Origin: a virus
DNA length: 64,000 nucleotides
Virus record (IMG/VR): IMGVR_UViG_3300036985_007703
Coordinates: 104,533-168,532 of that record
Reading direction: 5' to 3' (one strand)
A program made the translations under genes and the position numbers. Position 1 is the stretch's first letter. Each line of letters starts with the position of its first letter. The notes under the pieces were generated by a model. It was not told the DNA's origin, did no database searches, and saw only the letters and a list, made by a program, of their open reading frames with translations. This document shows, in pieces, positions 47,301 through 57,754 of the stretch.

Positions 47301-50300
47301 CCTCGGTGAGGCCCTCCCACCAGGCCGCCCGCTCGATCGCGTTGCGCTCCCGCAGCGCCTCCTGCTGCGCCCGCAGGGCGGCATCCCGCTCGAACGCCTG
47401 CGCCCGCCGCTGCCCGAGGTCGCCCCGTCGCCGTGCCTCGCCCATCAGGGGTGCTCCTTCCAAAACCGCCGCAGCTCATCGCTCACCGTGGCGAGCCCCC
47501 AGCGCTCCCCCTCGTACACCTCGGGGCGCTGGGTGGCCTCAGCCATGCGTGCCTTCAACCATGTCCGCACCTCATCGCGTGCCACCGCCCGTCCCTTCTG
47601 CTCTGCCGCACGCAGCGCCGCCGCCACGTCCATGCACATCTCCTTGGCTGTCGTGTCCTTGTTCACTTCAACCTCCCCATCGATCCTATCGAAGCCGTAT
47701 AGCTCTCGTCATATCGCCCACGCAGGTATGCATCGCGCAACGCCGCCGCCACCCGCATCGCCACCGTCTCCACGGGCGGTTCCTCCTCGGCGGTCGTGCG
47801 ATCGTTCGTCCGTAGCGCGACCTCCACCCCGTCCAACCACGCCGACAGCGCCCGCACCCGATCCCGCATCTCCCGCCATTCCGCATGCAGATCCCGGATC
47901 TTGTGCCGCAGGGCCGCGACCTCCGCCGCCTCCCAGCAGCGCTCCCCGCAGGGGAACCCCGCCAGCACCGGCAGCGGCAGCTCCCCGACCTGCACCCAGA
48001 GCGCCCCGTCCTGCGCGCGGGTCACCTGGTAGGCGATCCGCGTGTTGTCCGACAGGCCCTGGATCCCCTCGGGGGGACAATGCCAGTACCAAGCCCGCTG
48101 CCCCGGCGCGAGGTCCGCATACTTCTCCTGCCAGGCGTCCATCTCGATGCTCATGGCTTCTCCCCGCGCCGCACGCTCATCCGCTCGGGCGGCAGCTTGA
48201 ACCCCCATCTGGCCGCCTCCGCCTTCAGGGGGCCCCAATGGTGGTGGTTGTCGCACCGCTCCCAGAGGTCCAGCATGCGCGCGTAAAGCACCTCGACGGG
48301 CTCCTCGATCATCTCGACCGTCACGCGCCACCGCCGCACGCTCACCTCACCGCTGCAGCAAGAGGGCAACTCCTGCCGGAGCTGATCCAGAACGTGCTTC
48401 GAGGGGCGGTGGTAGGTCTCGAACATCACCAGATCCGGCACTCTCGTCATGACAACCCCTCGTCCGTATCCACCAGCGCCCGCCACCCCCACACGGTGAT
48501 CGCGAACGCCGGCCCCTCGTGGGTCTGCGCACACGTCTGGCAGTCCGCCCAGTCGTTGCACTTATCGACCAGCTGCTCCCGCTCTAGCCGGCGGATCGCC
48601 GTCCAGTCAGCGGACCCATGGGGCATAATCCCCTCCCATGTTTCGAACGCCTTCGCCGCCGCCTGGAGCACCCGCCGGTCGTTCACCGTCAACCGCATGG
48701 ATCCCCCGGCGGATCGAACAGCAGCTTGCCCCGTGGCTCGATGTACATGTCCGACCCGCGCTCGTAGTACATCTCGCACCCCTGGTGCAGATACTCGACG
48801 CCGTCCGGGTGCTGGACCTCCACGGCTGTCATCTCCTTGATCTTGTCCCCGCACCCCGGCGCCGAGCAGCGCCACGTGCGGACCGTCGGATCCCCCAGAC
48901 TCGTATTGGGCACGATCCGCGCCCGGCAGGTGGGCACGGCGAAGGAATCGATCCACGCCTGCTCGCGCCGCCGGCTCTCCTCCTCGTGCTTCGAGGTGGA
49001 GTGGGGCACCCAAATCACGTCCAACCCTGCTGGTGTCTTCTCGCTCATGGCCGCACCACCCCGTGCTCCCGCGCCGTCCGCTCGTGGACCGCGTCCCCCG
49101 TCACGTCCTCGCAGAGGGGGTCGCCGGGGTCCTCACCCGCCAGGCGCCAGAAGTAACAGTCGCTCTCGGGGTGCAGCCACAGCCGGTACGCCCCAGAGAT
49201 TACGACCTCCCACCCGCGCTCCCGCAGGTCGTCCTTAATTTTCGCGATCAGCTTGCTGTGATCCATCGGTCATCCTCGCTTGCTCGTTCAGGGGGTAGAT
49301 GCACTTGGCGACCGCCCACGAGAGGTGCCAGTCCATGCGGATGCTCTCGTACGGGCGCCAAACGATGCTCGCGAACAACCGCAGGCGCTTGAGCCACTCG
49401 GGTTGCAGGTTCCACCAGTCGATCATGGCTTCACCACCATCTCGGCGAGGCGGTCCATGGCCTCCCCGACCACGTCCGCGGGGCCGAACTTCCCGAGCAC
49501 GCGGTAGGCCTCCGCGCGCTTCTGCAGCACGGCCAGGGCCTCGGCCAGCAGGGCCTCGCGCCCCCGCTGAAAGGCCCCTTGGACCACCGCCTCGTGCAAC
49601 GCGAGGGGCACCCACCCCGCCTCCAGGAAGGCCGCCGTGCGGGCCGAGCGCCGGAGGGCCCCCAGCTCACGGCAGACCTGCGCGTCCAGGTCCTCCCGCG
49701 CCTCCGGCACGAGTTCCCCCATGATCCGCGCGTCCACATGCGCCGCCATCGCCCCCACGGTCTGCGCCCACATCACCTCCATGACCCCCGAGCGCGCCCG
49801 CCGCTCCGCGTCCTTGATCAGCAGGCGGCGGCACGTCGCGCAGGTGTGGTCCGGCGTCAGCGTCGGCGCCCCGCCCTCGACGTGGCCCATGCCGCACCAG
49901 CTCCGCGCCGTGAGGTCCTCCGTGCCGTCGAGCCCCACGCGGCGGTCGTGCCAGTGCGCAACCCCATAGCGGTTCACCATCCAAATCCCGGAGGGTGCGC
50001 TCATGGCGCGTCCCCCTCTAGCATCTCGCCCACTAACTCCTCGAGGAGCAGCTTCGTGTTGCTGGACAGCGGCGTGAAGGCCCCCTCCTTGCGCTGCACG
50101 ACCCCCACGCACGCGATGACCCCGCGCGTCCGCCCCCAGAAGGCCCCCTGCACCCAAGCCGTGGCCACCGCCGTGATCGCCTCGCGATCCACCCCCGCCG
50201 GCACCACGACCTCCTCCCCACAGCCCGGCCACACCGGGGCGACCTCCCAGGCGATGGCCCGCGTGGGAGGCAGCGTGGTCTGGCGGATCACCACCGCACA

Positions 50301-50384
50301 CCCCCGCTCCGGCTGCGGCTCCGCCACGAAGACCCCGTGCCGCAGCACCCACGTGATCTCCTCCCCCGGTTCACGGCAGCTCAT
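44378..50384 (-). other. Run of tightly coupled small hypothetical early genes (44378-44545, 44526-44795, 44792-45052, 45049-45387, 45384-46331, 46328-46525, 46509-46832, 46829-47176, 47176-47445, 47445-47666, 47663-48154, 48151-48450, 48447-48698, 48689-49048, 49045-49266, 49235-49426, 49423-50004, 50001-50384)
   Basis: Contiguous tiling with ATGA overlaps and G-rich RBSs; many CxxC motifs. Confidence 0.6.
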
Positions 50385-50721
50385 AGTCAAAGTCCCAGGT
50401 GCCCCGCGCATCCTCCGTGATGTTGCAGAGGACCTTCCCCAGCCGCAGGGCCTCGCCCTGCTCCGCCAGCTGCCCCGCCGTGAGGGCCGCCCCGCGGCGG
50501 AAGATCCACACCTCGTCGCAGGCCCCCACGAGGTCCAGACACAGGGCCATCGCCCGTTCCCGCTCCGTCGCGTCGTCCATGAACTGCGGCAGATAGAGCT
50601 GCGGGGGGACCGGGTTGTGCCCGATGCCCACCACGCGCCGGCAGACCTCCCGGATGGCCCGCACGTTCCCCTCGGGGTCCGCGCTGAAAGGGTGGCAGAT
50701 GTACACGCGCTTCATTTTCAT
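50371..50721 (-). CDS. DUF4406-like / nucleoside deoxyribosyltransferase-fold protein
   Basis: VYICHPF, P..PQLYLPQFMDD, CDEVWIF. Confidence 0.7.
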   Translation of the reverse strand: MKMKRVYICHPFSADPEGNVRAIREVCRRVVGIGHNPVPPQLYLPQFMDDATERERAMALCLDLVGACDEVWIFRRGAALTAGQLAEQGEALRLGKVLCNITEDARGTWDFDYELP

Positions 50722-51233
50722 GGTCCCTCCGCATAGGCGCGCTCGACCTCAGCGCCCATCTCTAATCGCATCTCGCCCGCGAGGCTCTCCAGGAGCCCCC
50801 GCAGGTCGTGAAAGTGCCCCGGCGCGATCCGCGCCGCACGGGCGTCCAGCCACGCCGCGCAGGCGCGCACCGCGTGCCCCGCCGCCGCATGGGAGGCCCC
50901 CTGCACCGCCGCCCGCAGCTCGTTGTCCGTATAGGTCCGCCGCGGCTCCAGCAGCTCCAAGGGGACCCGGCGTTCCCGCGCCGGGGTCAGCGTCACGCGC
51001 CCCGTCTCCTCGCGCCACAGGGCGTGGCAGCGCGGGCAGAGGTCCGCGACCTCCTCGGTGGTGCTCCCGTCGCTATCTTCCAAGGTGAAGGCCACGTGGT
51101 GCGTCGCGGGCGCCACGCACCCGTGCCCCACGGGGTCCCCGTCGATGGTGCGCCCCTGGTCGACCAGGGCGTCGCACACCACGCGGGTGAGGCTCGTGCC
51201 GCCCCCCGGCATCATGACCGTCACGCGGCTCAT
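50718..51233 (-). CDS. Hypothetical protein
   Basis: Coupled ORF. Confidence 0.5.
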   Translation of the reverse strand: MSRVTVMMPGGGTSLTRVVCDALVDQGRTIDGDPVGHGCVAPATHHVAFTLEDSDGSTTEEVADLCPRCHALWREETGRVTLTPARERRVPLELLEPRRTYTDNELRAAVQGASHAAAGHAVRACAAWLDARAARIAPGHFHDLRGLLESLAGEMRLEMGAEVERAYAEGP

Positions 51234-52078
51234 GGCCGCACCACGCGCTCCAGGTAATCCGCGTCGTCCAGCATGATCCCCCCGCCCTCCGTGGGCGCCA
51301 TGGTCCCCCGGCGGCGCAGGGTCGCCACGCACACCGCGATGGCGTCCGCCCGCCCCCGGTCGTAGGCCTCCTGCCGCCCCTGCGCCCCGTCCTCCCGCTG
51401 GTAGCAGGCACACGCGCACTCCGCCGTGTTCAGCGCCCGCGCGAGGCTTCGGATGCGCTCGACGATGGGGCCCGCCGCGACGCCCCGCGCATCCAGGAGG
51501 CAGTGCGCCCTGGCCAGCTCATCGACATGCTGGATGACGTGCTCCGCCTGGCCCACCCCGCGCGCCGTCCACCCCTGCTGGTAGCAGGCATCCGCGAGGG
51601 TCTGGATGTGATCCGCCAGCGCCCCGTCCGGCAAGATCTCCCGGCGCCCCGGCATGGCCATGGCCACCGCCGCGTAGCCCTTCCTGAGGGCCTCCTGCGC
51701 CGCCACCTCCCGCGCCTGCCCCTGGAGGTCCTGCTCCCGCGCCGCCAGCCACCCCGCATCGTAGCCCACCCGCTGGCTGGTCCGCGCCAGGGCGTCGATG
51801 CGCTCCGCGAGGGACAGCGTCGTGTTGGCGTCGGGCTCCGCCCCCGTGGGGAAGTTCCGCGTCACCGCGCGGTGGGCGTCCATCATGCGCTGGTGGTCCG
51901 CCGTGCTCGCCCCGAGCGCGCGCTGGCAGTCCTCCAGGAGGCACGCGAGGCGCTCGGTGAAGGAGGCGTGCTCCCCCACCCCCGCCTCCGAGAGGGCCAA
52001 GTTGGCCTGCAGCAGCACGGCCGCGAGGTCATCGTACTTATCCTTCAGGTCCTCGTACTTATCCTTCCAGTCCGTCAT
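51230..52078 (-). CDS. Hypothetical protein with internal repeats (L.ERI..LA)
   Basis: ORF with AGGAG RBS. Confidence 0.55.
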   Translation of the reverse strand: MTDWKDKYEDLKDKYDDLAAVLLQANLALSEAGVGEHASFTERLACLLEDCQRALGASTADHQRMMDAHRAVTRNFPTGAEPDANTTLSLAERIDALARTSQRVGYDAGWLAAREQDLQGQAREVAAQEALRKGYAAVAMAMPGRREILPDGALADHIQTLADACYQQGWTARGVGQAEHVIQHVDELARAHCLLDARGVAAGPIVERIRSLARALNTAECACACYQREDGAQGRQEAYDRGRADAIAVCVATLRRRGTMAPTEGGGIMLDDADYLERVVRP

Positions 52079-52490
52079 GGCTGACTCCTTCCTTACTCAA
52101 AACGCGCACGCCCCCGATCACCCGCATGAGGCGCTGCTGGACCTCCAGCGGCATGTCCTCCACGCGCGCCGCCGTGAGGCGCGCCAACCACTTGCCCGCC
52201 TCGTGGGCCCGCCGGCAGAGGATCTGCGCCGCGATGGTGGCCCGCACGGCCTCCGTCACGGGCTTCAGCATCCGCTTGTTGTCCCCCACCTCCCACCCCG
52301 TGCGGCGATTGAAGCGCTCGGGGGTCGCCATCTCGTTGAAGGGCTCCAAGATGATCTGCGTATTTGTGAGCCGCGCCACCCGGCGCACGATGATCCCCCC
52401 GTAGGGATACGTGCTATCCGCATAGACCTCGTCGCCCGGCTTCAGCGCGTCCATCCACATCGCATGCTCGTCCTTGCGTAACGGTTCCAT
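52059..52490 (-). CDS. SH3/KOW-like beta-barrel protein
   Basis: LKPGDEV, V.RLT.TQI, RF...TG. Confidence 0.5.
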   Translation of the reverse strand: MEPLRKDEHAMWMDALKPGDEVYADSTYPYGGIIVRRVARLTNTQIILEPFNEMATPERFNRRTGWEVGDNKRMLKPVTEAVRATIAAQILCRRAHEAGKWLARLTAARVEDMPLEVQQRLMRVIGGVRVLSKEGVSHDGLEG

Positions 52491-52505
52491 GCTTCCCCCT
52501 CCTCT

Positions 52506-52769
52506 TCACACAGGGCTGCGGTTCAGCGCCCACAGCATGCGCGCCCCCTCGGTCTCCCCGACCGGGCGCAGGACCTGGATCTCGAACCGCGGCAGGCGCT
52601 TCCGCGTCAGCCACGGGTCGGCCTGGCGCTGGCGCTCCTGATACTCGGCCCGCATGTGCCGCGCGTAGGCCTCGGCCTCCGGCCGCGTCGCGAACGCCTG
52701 CCAGTAGTGGCCCTCGATCGGGGCGTCGTCGTCCCGCCAGCGCACCAAATAGTAGGGCCTACTCGCCAT
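52506..52769 (-). CDS. Hypothetical protein
   Basis: FATRPEAEAYA motif. Confidence 0.5.
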   Translation of the reverse strand: MASRPYYLVRWRDDDAPIEGHYWQAFATRPEAEAYARHMRAEYQERQRQADPWLTRKRLPRFEIQVLRPVGETEGARMLWALNRSPV

Positions 52770-53391
52770 CGGAGGCCCCCTCGGATTCAAAGTCATATAG
52801 CTTGCGCGGCTCGCGCACGGGCAGCACGGCCACCAGGGCCCGCACCGCCGCCTGGATCGCCTCCATCTGCACCAGCGACGCAAACGTATTCCGCATCAGG
52901 GCGCTATGCCCCGCCTCGATCTGGTCCGTCAAAGCCTCCAACACCGCCGACAGATCCGCACGCGCCTGCAGGAGCCCCGCAAGCTCCACGTGCTCCGCGC
53001 TCCCCGGCTGGATCAGCCGCTGCTTGATGTCGTACTCCCACAGACAGCCATGCCCCGTCGCCACATCGAAGTTCCAGCGGTCCCAACGGTCATAGTTGCC
53101 CGTCGTGTAAATCTGCCCCTTGCGCCGACTCGTCATGCGGCGCTCACAGAGCGCGGCGGGATGATGGTCGAAGATGATCACGGGATCCCCTGCCTTGAGC
53201 CCCGCGAGCCACGCCTGGTACTGCGCGTCCCTCATGACGCCACCCTCCGCTCGCTCCCCCGCGGGGATCCGGGGCACCCCCATCTGGCAGAGCACGCACC
53301 GCTCCTCCCCCGCATGCGCCCCCGCGACGAGGGGCCGCGCCGCAACAACGCGGTGCAGGTAGAAGCCGTCAATCTCCGTGGGCTCGCTCAT
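52759..53391 (-). CDS. Paralog of 52059..52490 (internal start possible at 53235)
   Basis: WLAGLKAGDPV ... FDVATG. Confidence 0.5.
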   Translation of the reverse strand: MSEPTEIDGFYLHRVVAARPLVAGAHAGEERCVLCQMGVPRIPAGERAEGGVMRDAQYQAWLAGLKAGDPVIIFDHHPAALCERRMTSRRKGQIYTTGNYDRWDRWNFDVATGHGCLWEYDIKQRLIQPGSAEHVELAGLLQARADLSAVLEALTDQIEAGHSALMRNTFASLVQMEAIQAAVRALVAVLPVREPRKLYDFESEGASDGE

Positions 53392-53714
53392 GCGCGCTCC
53401 CGCTTCTCCATCTCCACGATGGCCGTATCGCGCCGCACCCGCAGGGCCTCCTGCACGGCCCGCTGGCACCCTGGGCAGATGGCCGCGAGGGCCTCCGCCG
53501 TCCACGCGCCCTCCGTGAGCCCCACCGTCGTGTGCATGAAGCCGTGGGCCGTGCCGTAAGGCCACGACACGCAGACCGCCGTCAGCGGGGTCAGCCCCGT
53601 GGCGAGGCGCGGGAGCTGGAAGACCGCCCGCTCGCGCCGCTCGTAGCCCCCCTCCGCGGAGAACTGCTCCCCGCACACGTCGCACAGGTAGGTCGTCGCC
53701 AGGGGGGCGCTCAT
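53388..53714 (-). CDS. Zn-finger hypothetical protein
   Basis: CDVC...CPGC. Confidence 0.5.
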   Translation of the reverse strand: MSAPLATTYLCDVCGEQFSAEGGYERRERAVFQLPRLATGLTPLTAVCVSWPYGTAHGFMHTTVGLTEGAWTAEALAAICPGCQRAVQEALRVRRDTAIVEMEKRERA

Positions 53715-54052
53715 GACGCCACCCGGATACGCGCGGGGCGCCCGTCCACGACGTCCCGCAGGGGGTGCAGGGGGCTCACGTCCACGAGCTTCACGAGGTG
53801 CCCCAGGCCGCCCCGCCGATCCCCATAGTCCCCGTTGGCGAGGTCCACGTGGGCCAAGATGTGGTCGTCAAAGACCACCACCACCGCGCCATCGCAATCG
53901 ACTCGCATGGTGCGCAGCCCCCGCGCGTGCCCGTCCTCCTCCGTAACCCAGACCGCGAACGTCTGGGCCTCCCGCAAGAGAAGGGCCGCCCCGCGCAGCC
54001 GCTCGATGACCATCCGTAGATCCGCCCACGATGCCGTCGTCTGTTGTGTCAT
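53711..54052 (-). CDS. Hypothetical protein
   Basis: First gene after promoter, GGAGG RBS. Confidence 0.55.
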   Translation of the reverse strand: MTQQTTASWADLRMVIERLRGAALLLREAQTFAVWVTEEDGHARGLRTMRVDCDGAVVVVFDDHILAHVDLANGDYGDRRGGLGHLVKLVDVSPLHPLRDVVDGRPARIRVAS

Positions 54053-54114
54053 GTCGTCCTCCGGGCGCAGCGCCCACCGGCCGGGGGCGCGCCATGCGCA
54101 CCGGGCCTCCTGGA

Positions 54115-54144
54115 AACATGCGCACGATCGCCCAGGTTTGTCAA
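54115..54144 (-). promoter_or_regulatory. Sigma70-type promoter TTGACA-N18-CATGTT
   Basis: Intergenic, perfect -35, same spacing as the other two TTGACA promoters. Confidence 0.55.
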
Positions 54145-54154
54145 CACAAAAGCA

Positions 54155-54895
54155 TCACCCCACCCCGTCGATGGGGTGCAGGCGCAGCGCCCGCCCATCC
54201 TGCTCCAGGCGCACCCCCGGCACCTTGCCCTTCTGGATCCACGTCCGCAGGCTGCCGATCGCCGTGGCCTCCGTGCGGTAGTGGTGCTTGATGCCCGCGA
54301 AGCCGATGTCGGTGAGCGTCGGGACCCGCCCCCCGATGGCCTCCTTGAGCGTGCATCCGGGGTGGGCCCGCACCACTTGGGCGAGGTTGCGGCAGGTCTC
54401 CTTGAACGGGGTCCAGCCCCCGCCGCAGGGGCTCCCCGCCGCAAGAAAGGTCTTCTGCTCCTCACAGAGCCACCGCCGCAGGTGGACCGCGCGCCCATGC
54501 CGGTGGAGGCGCGGGGGGTAGTGCGTGTTGTCCACGAGCTTGTCGATCGCGCTGCCCCCGTAGAGGGCATCCAGGGGCCGCACCCCGATGACCCCGAGGC
54601 CCCACGCGCGCACGATGTGGTTGAAGGCCGGCCCCAGGTGCAAGTAGTGGTAGGGCACCGCCACCGAGGCATAGTGCGCGTACTGCCGCCACCACTGGGC
54701 CTGCTCCAGGACCTCGACGTTGAGGCGGACCTTAGCCTCGACCACCCACACGAGGGGGCCCCGCGTGGCCACGATGTCGCAGCTCCGCTCGCCGCCCTTG
54801 CCGTTGCGGACCTCCTGGTACACATCCCAGCCCCCCGCGCGCAGCCAGGCCACCACGGGGGCCGCCACGTCGACCTCGGCGAGCCGGGGCTTCAC
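54155..54895 (-). CDS. PD-(D/E)xK nuclease-family protein (MmcB-like) with C-terminal wHTH
   Basis: VYQEV, CDIVA, VVEAK. Confidence 0.7.
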   Translation of the reverse strand: MKPRLAEVDVAAPVVAWLRAGGWDVYQEVRNGKGGERSCDIVATRGPLVWVVEAKVRLNVEVLEQAQWWRQYAHYASVAVPYHYLHLGPAFNHIVRAWGLGVIGVRPLDALYGGSAIDKLVDNTHYPPRLHRHGRAVHLRRWLCEEQKTFLAAGSPCGGGWTPFKETCRNLAQVVRAHPGCTLKEAIGGRVPTLTDIGFAGIKHHYRTEATAIGSLRTWIQKGKVPGVRLEQDGRALRLHPIDGVG

Positions 54896-56445
54896 GGGCC
54901 ATCCCCGTCGAGACAATCACAGATGTAGTCAAGCCGCCTGGCATCCACTTGGTATCCGTGGGCCCGCGCCTCATCTCGCAGAAGAACCACGCGCTCCCGC
55001 AAGTCCGCCAAGGACCCCGCCCAGCGCCGCACCCGTTCCTCCTCCTGCTCTGCCGCAGACAAGGGCGCCGGAAGGTCGGGAAAGATCACCATCTGCATGC
55101 TCATGGCTGGGCCTCCCAGTGCCCGTGGCTCCCGTCCTCGACGCCCACGTAGCCCCGCCCGCAGTCCGGGCACACCAGGGGCCATCCCGCCCGCACCACG
55201 AGGGGGGCCCGCACGCGCTCCCCGCAGGCGCACTCCATCTGGCCCCACCCGTGGTGGGGACAGGGGTCGTCACAGAAATCATCGCAGGTGCAGCGCCCCG
55301 CGACGGCGAGCGGCACAGGGGCCTCCGGGGGCCGCACCACCCCCGCCAGCGTCCGCCACGCCCCCTCGACCCAAGGCGCAAGCGTCTCCCGGACCGCCAT
55401 GGTCAGCGAGGCCTGGGGGCACGGCACGAAGGCCCCATCGTCGTCGACCTCCCCCGTCACCGCGAGCAGGGCATCCGCCGCCGCGCGCACCCGCACCAGC
55501 TCCGCCCGCAGGGCCTGCTCGCTCATGGGGCCTCCGCCGGCGAGGCCGGCAGGGGTTCCGCCCCGCCCCCGCGCCCCGCGCTGCGCAGCCAGCTCCAGTA
55601 CACCGCCTGCAGGACCTCGCCGGCCTCGGCCAGCAGGTCCGCCCCCTCGCCGCAGCACACGGGGCATGGCTCCACGCCCACCTCGCGCTGCCCCGCGCCC
55701 TCCACGCCCGTCTCGTACTCGACCCCCCCGCGCCCCGCGCAATGCGCGCAGGGGCAAAGGCGCAGGCAGTCCGAGACGTGCAGGCGAAAGCTCACCACCG
55801 GCTTCAGCCCGTCCGGCATCGTCGTGCTCAGCTCACACAGCAGCCACTCCGCCTTGCCGCTGTGGCCCTCCCCCTCATCGTCAAACTTGTACGCGTCCTC
55901 CTCGCGGGAGAACCACTCCCCCTCAAAGAGGATCTGCACATCCAACCGGGGGCGCCGCGGATGCTCCGGCGCCGCCACCATGGCCCAGTCATCGCGATGC
56001 CACTCCAGGGGCTCCGACGGCCGCAGGGCCGCCAGGGCCTGCACCCGCAGGCGCTCGTTCTCCGCCCGCAGGCGCTCCAGCTCCTCCGCTAGCGCCCCCG
56101 CGATGGACCCGTCCTCGACCAGTGCCATCACGCGGTCCACCGCCGGCTGGGCCAGCCACCCGCGCACCACCCGCTCGTGCGTGCTCGTGCTCATGGCTTC
56201 TCTCCTTGCGCACGCGCATGCGCAGCGTGGACCTCGCGGAAGGCCGCCCCCACGCGCCCCATCCACGCCGTCTCGTCCGCATTGAGGGGCCAGACCTTGA
56301 TCTCCACCTGGACGCCCCCCACGCGCTCGATCAACTTGTCGAGGGCCGCCTGGACCTCCGTGATGGCCCCCTCGGGGACCCCCGGCCACGGCGTCACGAC
56401 CCCGTGCGCCGAGCGCCGCTTGTTCCAGCCCCGCTCCTCACTCAT
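54892..56445 (-). other. Four coupled hypothetical genes (54892-55104, 55101-55526, 55523-56194, 56191-56445)
   Basis: ATGA/GTGA tiling; DnaJ-like CxxCxGxG zinc finger in 55523-56194. Confidence 0.55.
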
Positions 56446-57742
56446 GGGGCACCTCGCGGATCGCGCCGTCCTCGATGATCACGGCCCCCGGCCCCCGGTC
56501 GCCGACGACCTCGATCCAGACCTGGGCGTCCGCCTGCTCGGCCATCGCGACCACGGCCGCCAGCGAGGCATCGTCGAGCAGCGCGCCCTCCCGCAGCAGC
56601 ACGACGCGGATCTGGGGGTTGGACGCGAAGCCCAGCCCCACCGCCACGCGGAGCTGCTCCGCCGAGGAGCACTGCGCCAGGGGGATGCCGCCCCACGTGA
56701 CCCCGCGCTCGTCGAGGCCGAGCCCCACGAGCCCCACCTCGGCCACCGCCGCGGCGACCTTGGCCTCCCGCGCCGCGTCCATCGCCGCGAGCTGCGCCGT
56801 GAGGTCCCCGCTCGCGGCCTCCGCCTGGGCGAGGGCCGCCTGGCTCGCCGCCCACGCCGCATGCGCGTCCCGCTTCCGCACCACCTCGTTGGCCGCCCGG
56901 ATCTCGTCCTGGATGTCCCCCACCGTCCGGCGCCCGCGCAACCGCTCCTGCGCCTCTGCGACGGCCAGCTTCTTCTGCTCTGCGACCTCGCGCAGCCGAT
57001 CCGCCTTGGCCCGCGCCTCCCCCAGCTTGGCCTGGAGCTGCGCGATCTCGGCCTCCAGCTCCCGCACGCGCGTGGCCATGGCGTCGGCCTCCCACCGCGT
57101 CCGCCCCGCCTCGGCATCGGCAGCCTTCACCATCTCCGTCGCGGCATCGAACGTCCGCAGCTCGGCCAGGAGGGCCTCCGTGTCGCGCCCCTCCGCGGGC
57201 ACCACGGGCTCCGCCCCGAGCGCCGCCCGCAGCCGCCCGACCTCGCGGTTGACCTCGGTCCGCTGGTCGAAGGCCCGCTTGCGCTCCGCGTCGAGGGCCG
57301 CCACGTTGGTCCCGAGGATGCCCTCCAGCTGCTTGACCTGCCCCTTCACATCCGCCCGCACGAAGTCCAAGGGGTCAAAGGTGAGCGCCCCCACCATGCG
57401 GTCGAGGATCTTCTGGGGCGACTGCAGGGCGTCCCCTTCCGCGTTGCGGACCACCAGCGTGGCCCCGCCGGGCTTGATCACGCGCTCGACGGTGAGTCCC
57501 CCGAGGTCTACGCGGATCGTCGCGCGCTCCTCCCCCGCGCGGATCGGCATCTCGGGCAGCGCCCGGCCCCCGCCCAGGGCGTAAAACAGCGAGTCGAGCA
57601 GGCTGCTCTTCCCCTGCGCGTTGGCCCCCCCAATGATCACCGCGTGCTTGGCGGGGTCGAAGGCGACCGCCCGCAGGCGCTTCACGTTCTCCGCCTCCAG
57701 CCGCACCACGCGAAACGTCTTGTCCGTCTGCTCAGATTCCAC
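56438..57742 (-). CDS. SMC/RecN/SbcC-like ABC ATPase with coiled coil
   Basis: ENVKRL, GANAQGKSS, CSSAEQ signature, LLREGALLD. Confidence 0.85.
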   Translation of the reverse strand: MESEQTDKTFRVVRLEAENVKRLRAVAFDPAKHAVIIGGANAQGKSSLLDSLFYALGGGRALPEMPIRAGEERATIRVDLGGLTVERVIKPGGATLVVRNAEGDALQSPQKILDRMVGALTFDPLDFVRADVKGQVKQLEGILGTNVAALDAERKRAFDQRTEVNREVGRLRAALGAEPVVPAEGRDTEALLAELRTFDAATEMVKAADAEAGRTRWEADAMATRVRELEAEIAQLQAKLGEARAKADRLREVAEQKKLAVAEAQERLRGRRTVGDIQDEIRAANEVVRKRDAHAAWAASQAALAQAEAASGDLTAQLAAMDAAREAKVAAAVAEVGLVGLGLDERGVTWGGIPLAQCSSAEQLRVAVGLGFASNPQIRVVLLREGALLDDASLAAVVAMAEQADAQVWIEVVGDRGPGAVIIEDGAIREVPHE

Positions 57743-57754
57743 GCGCCACTCCTT

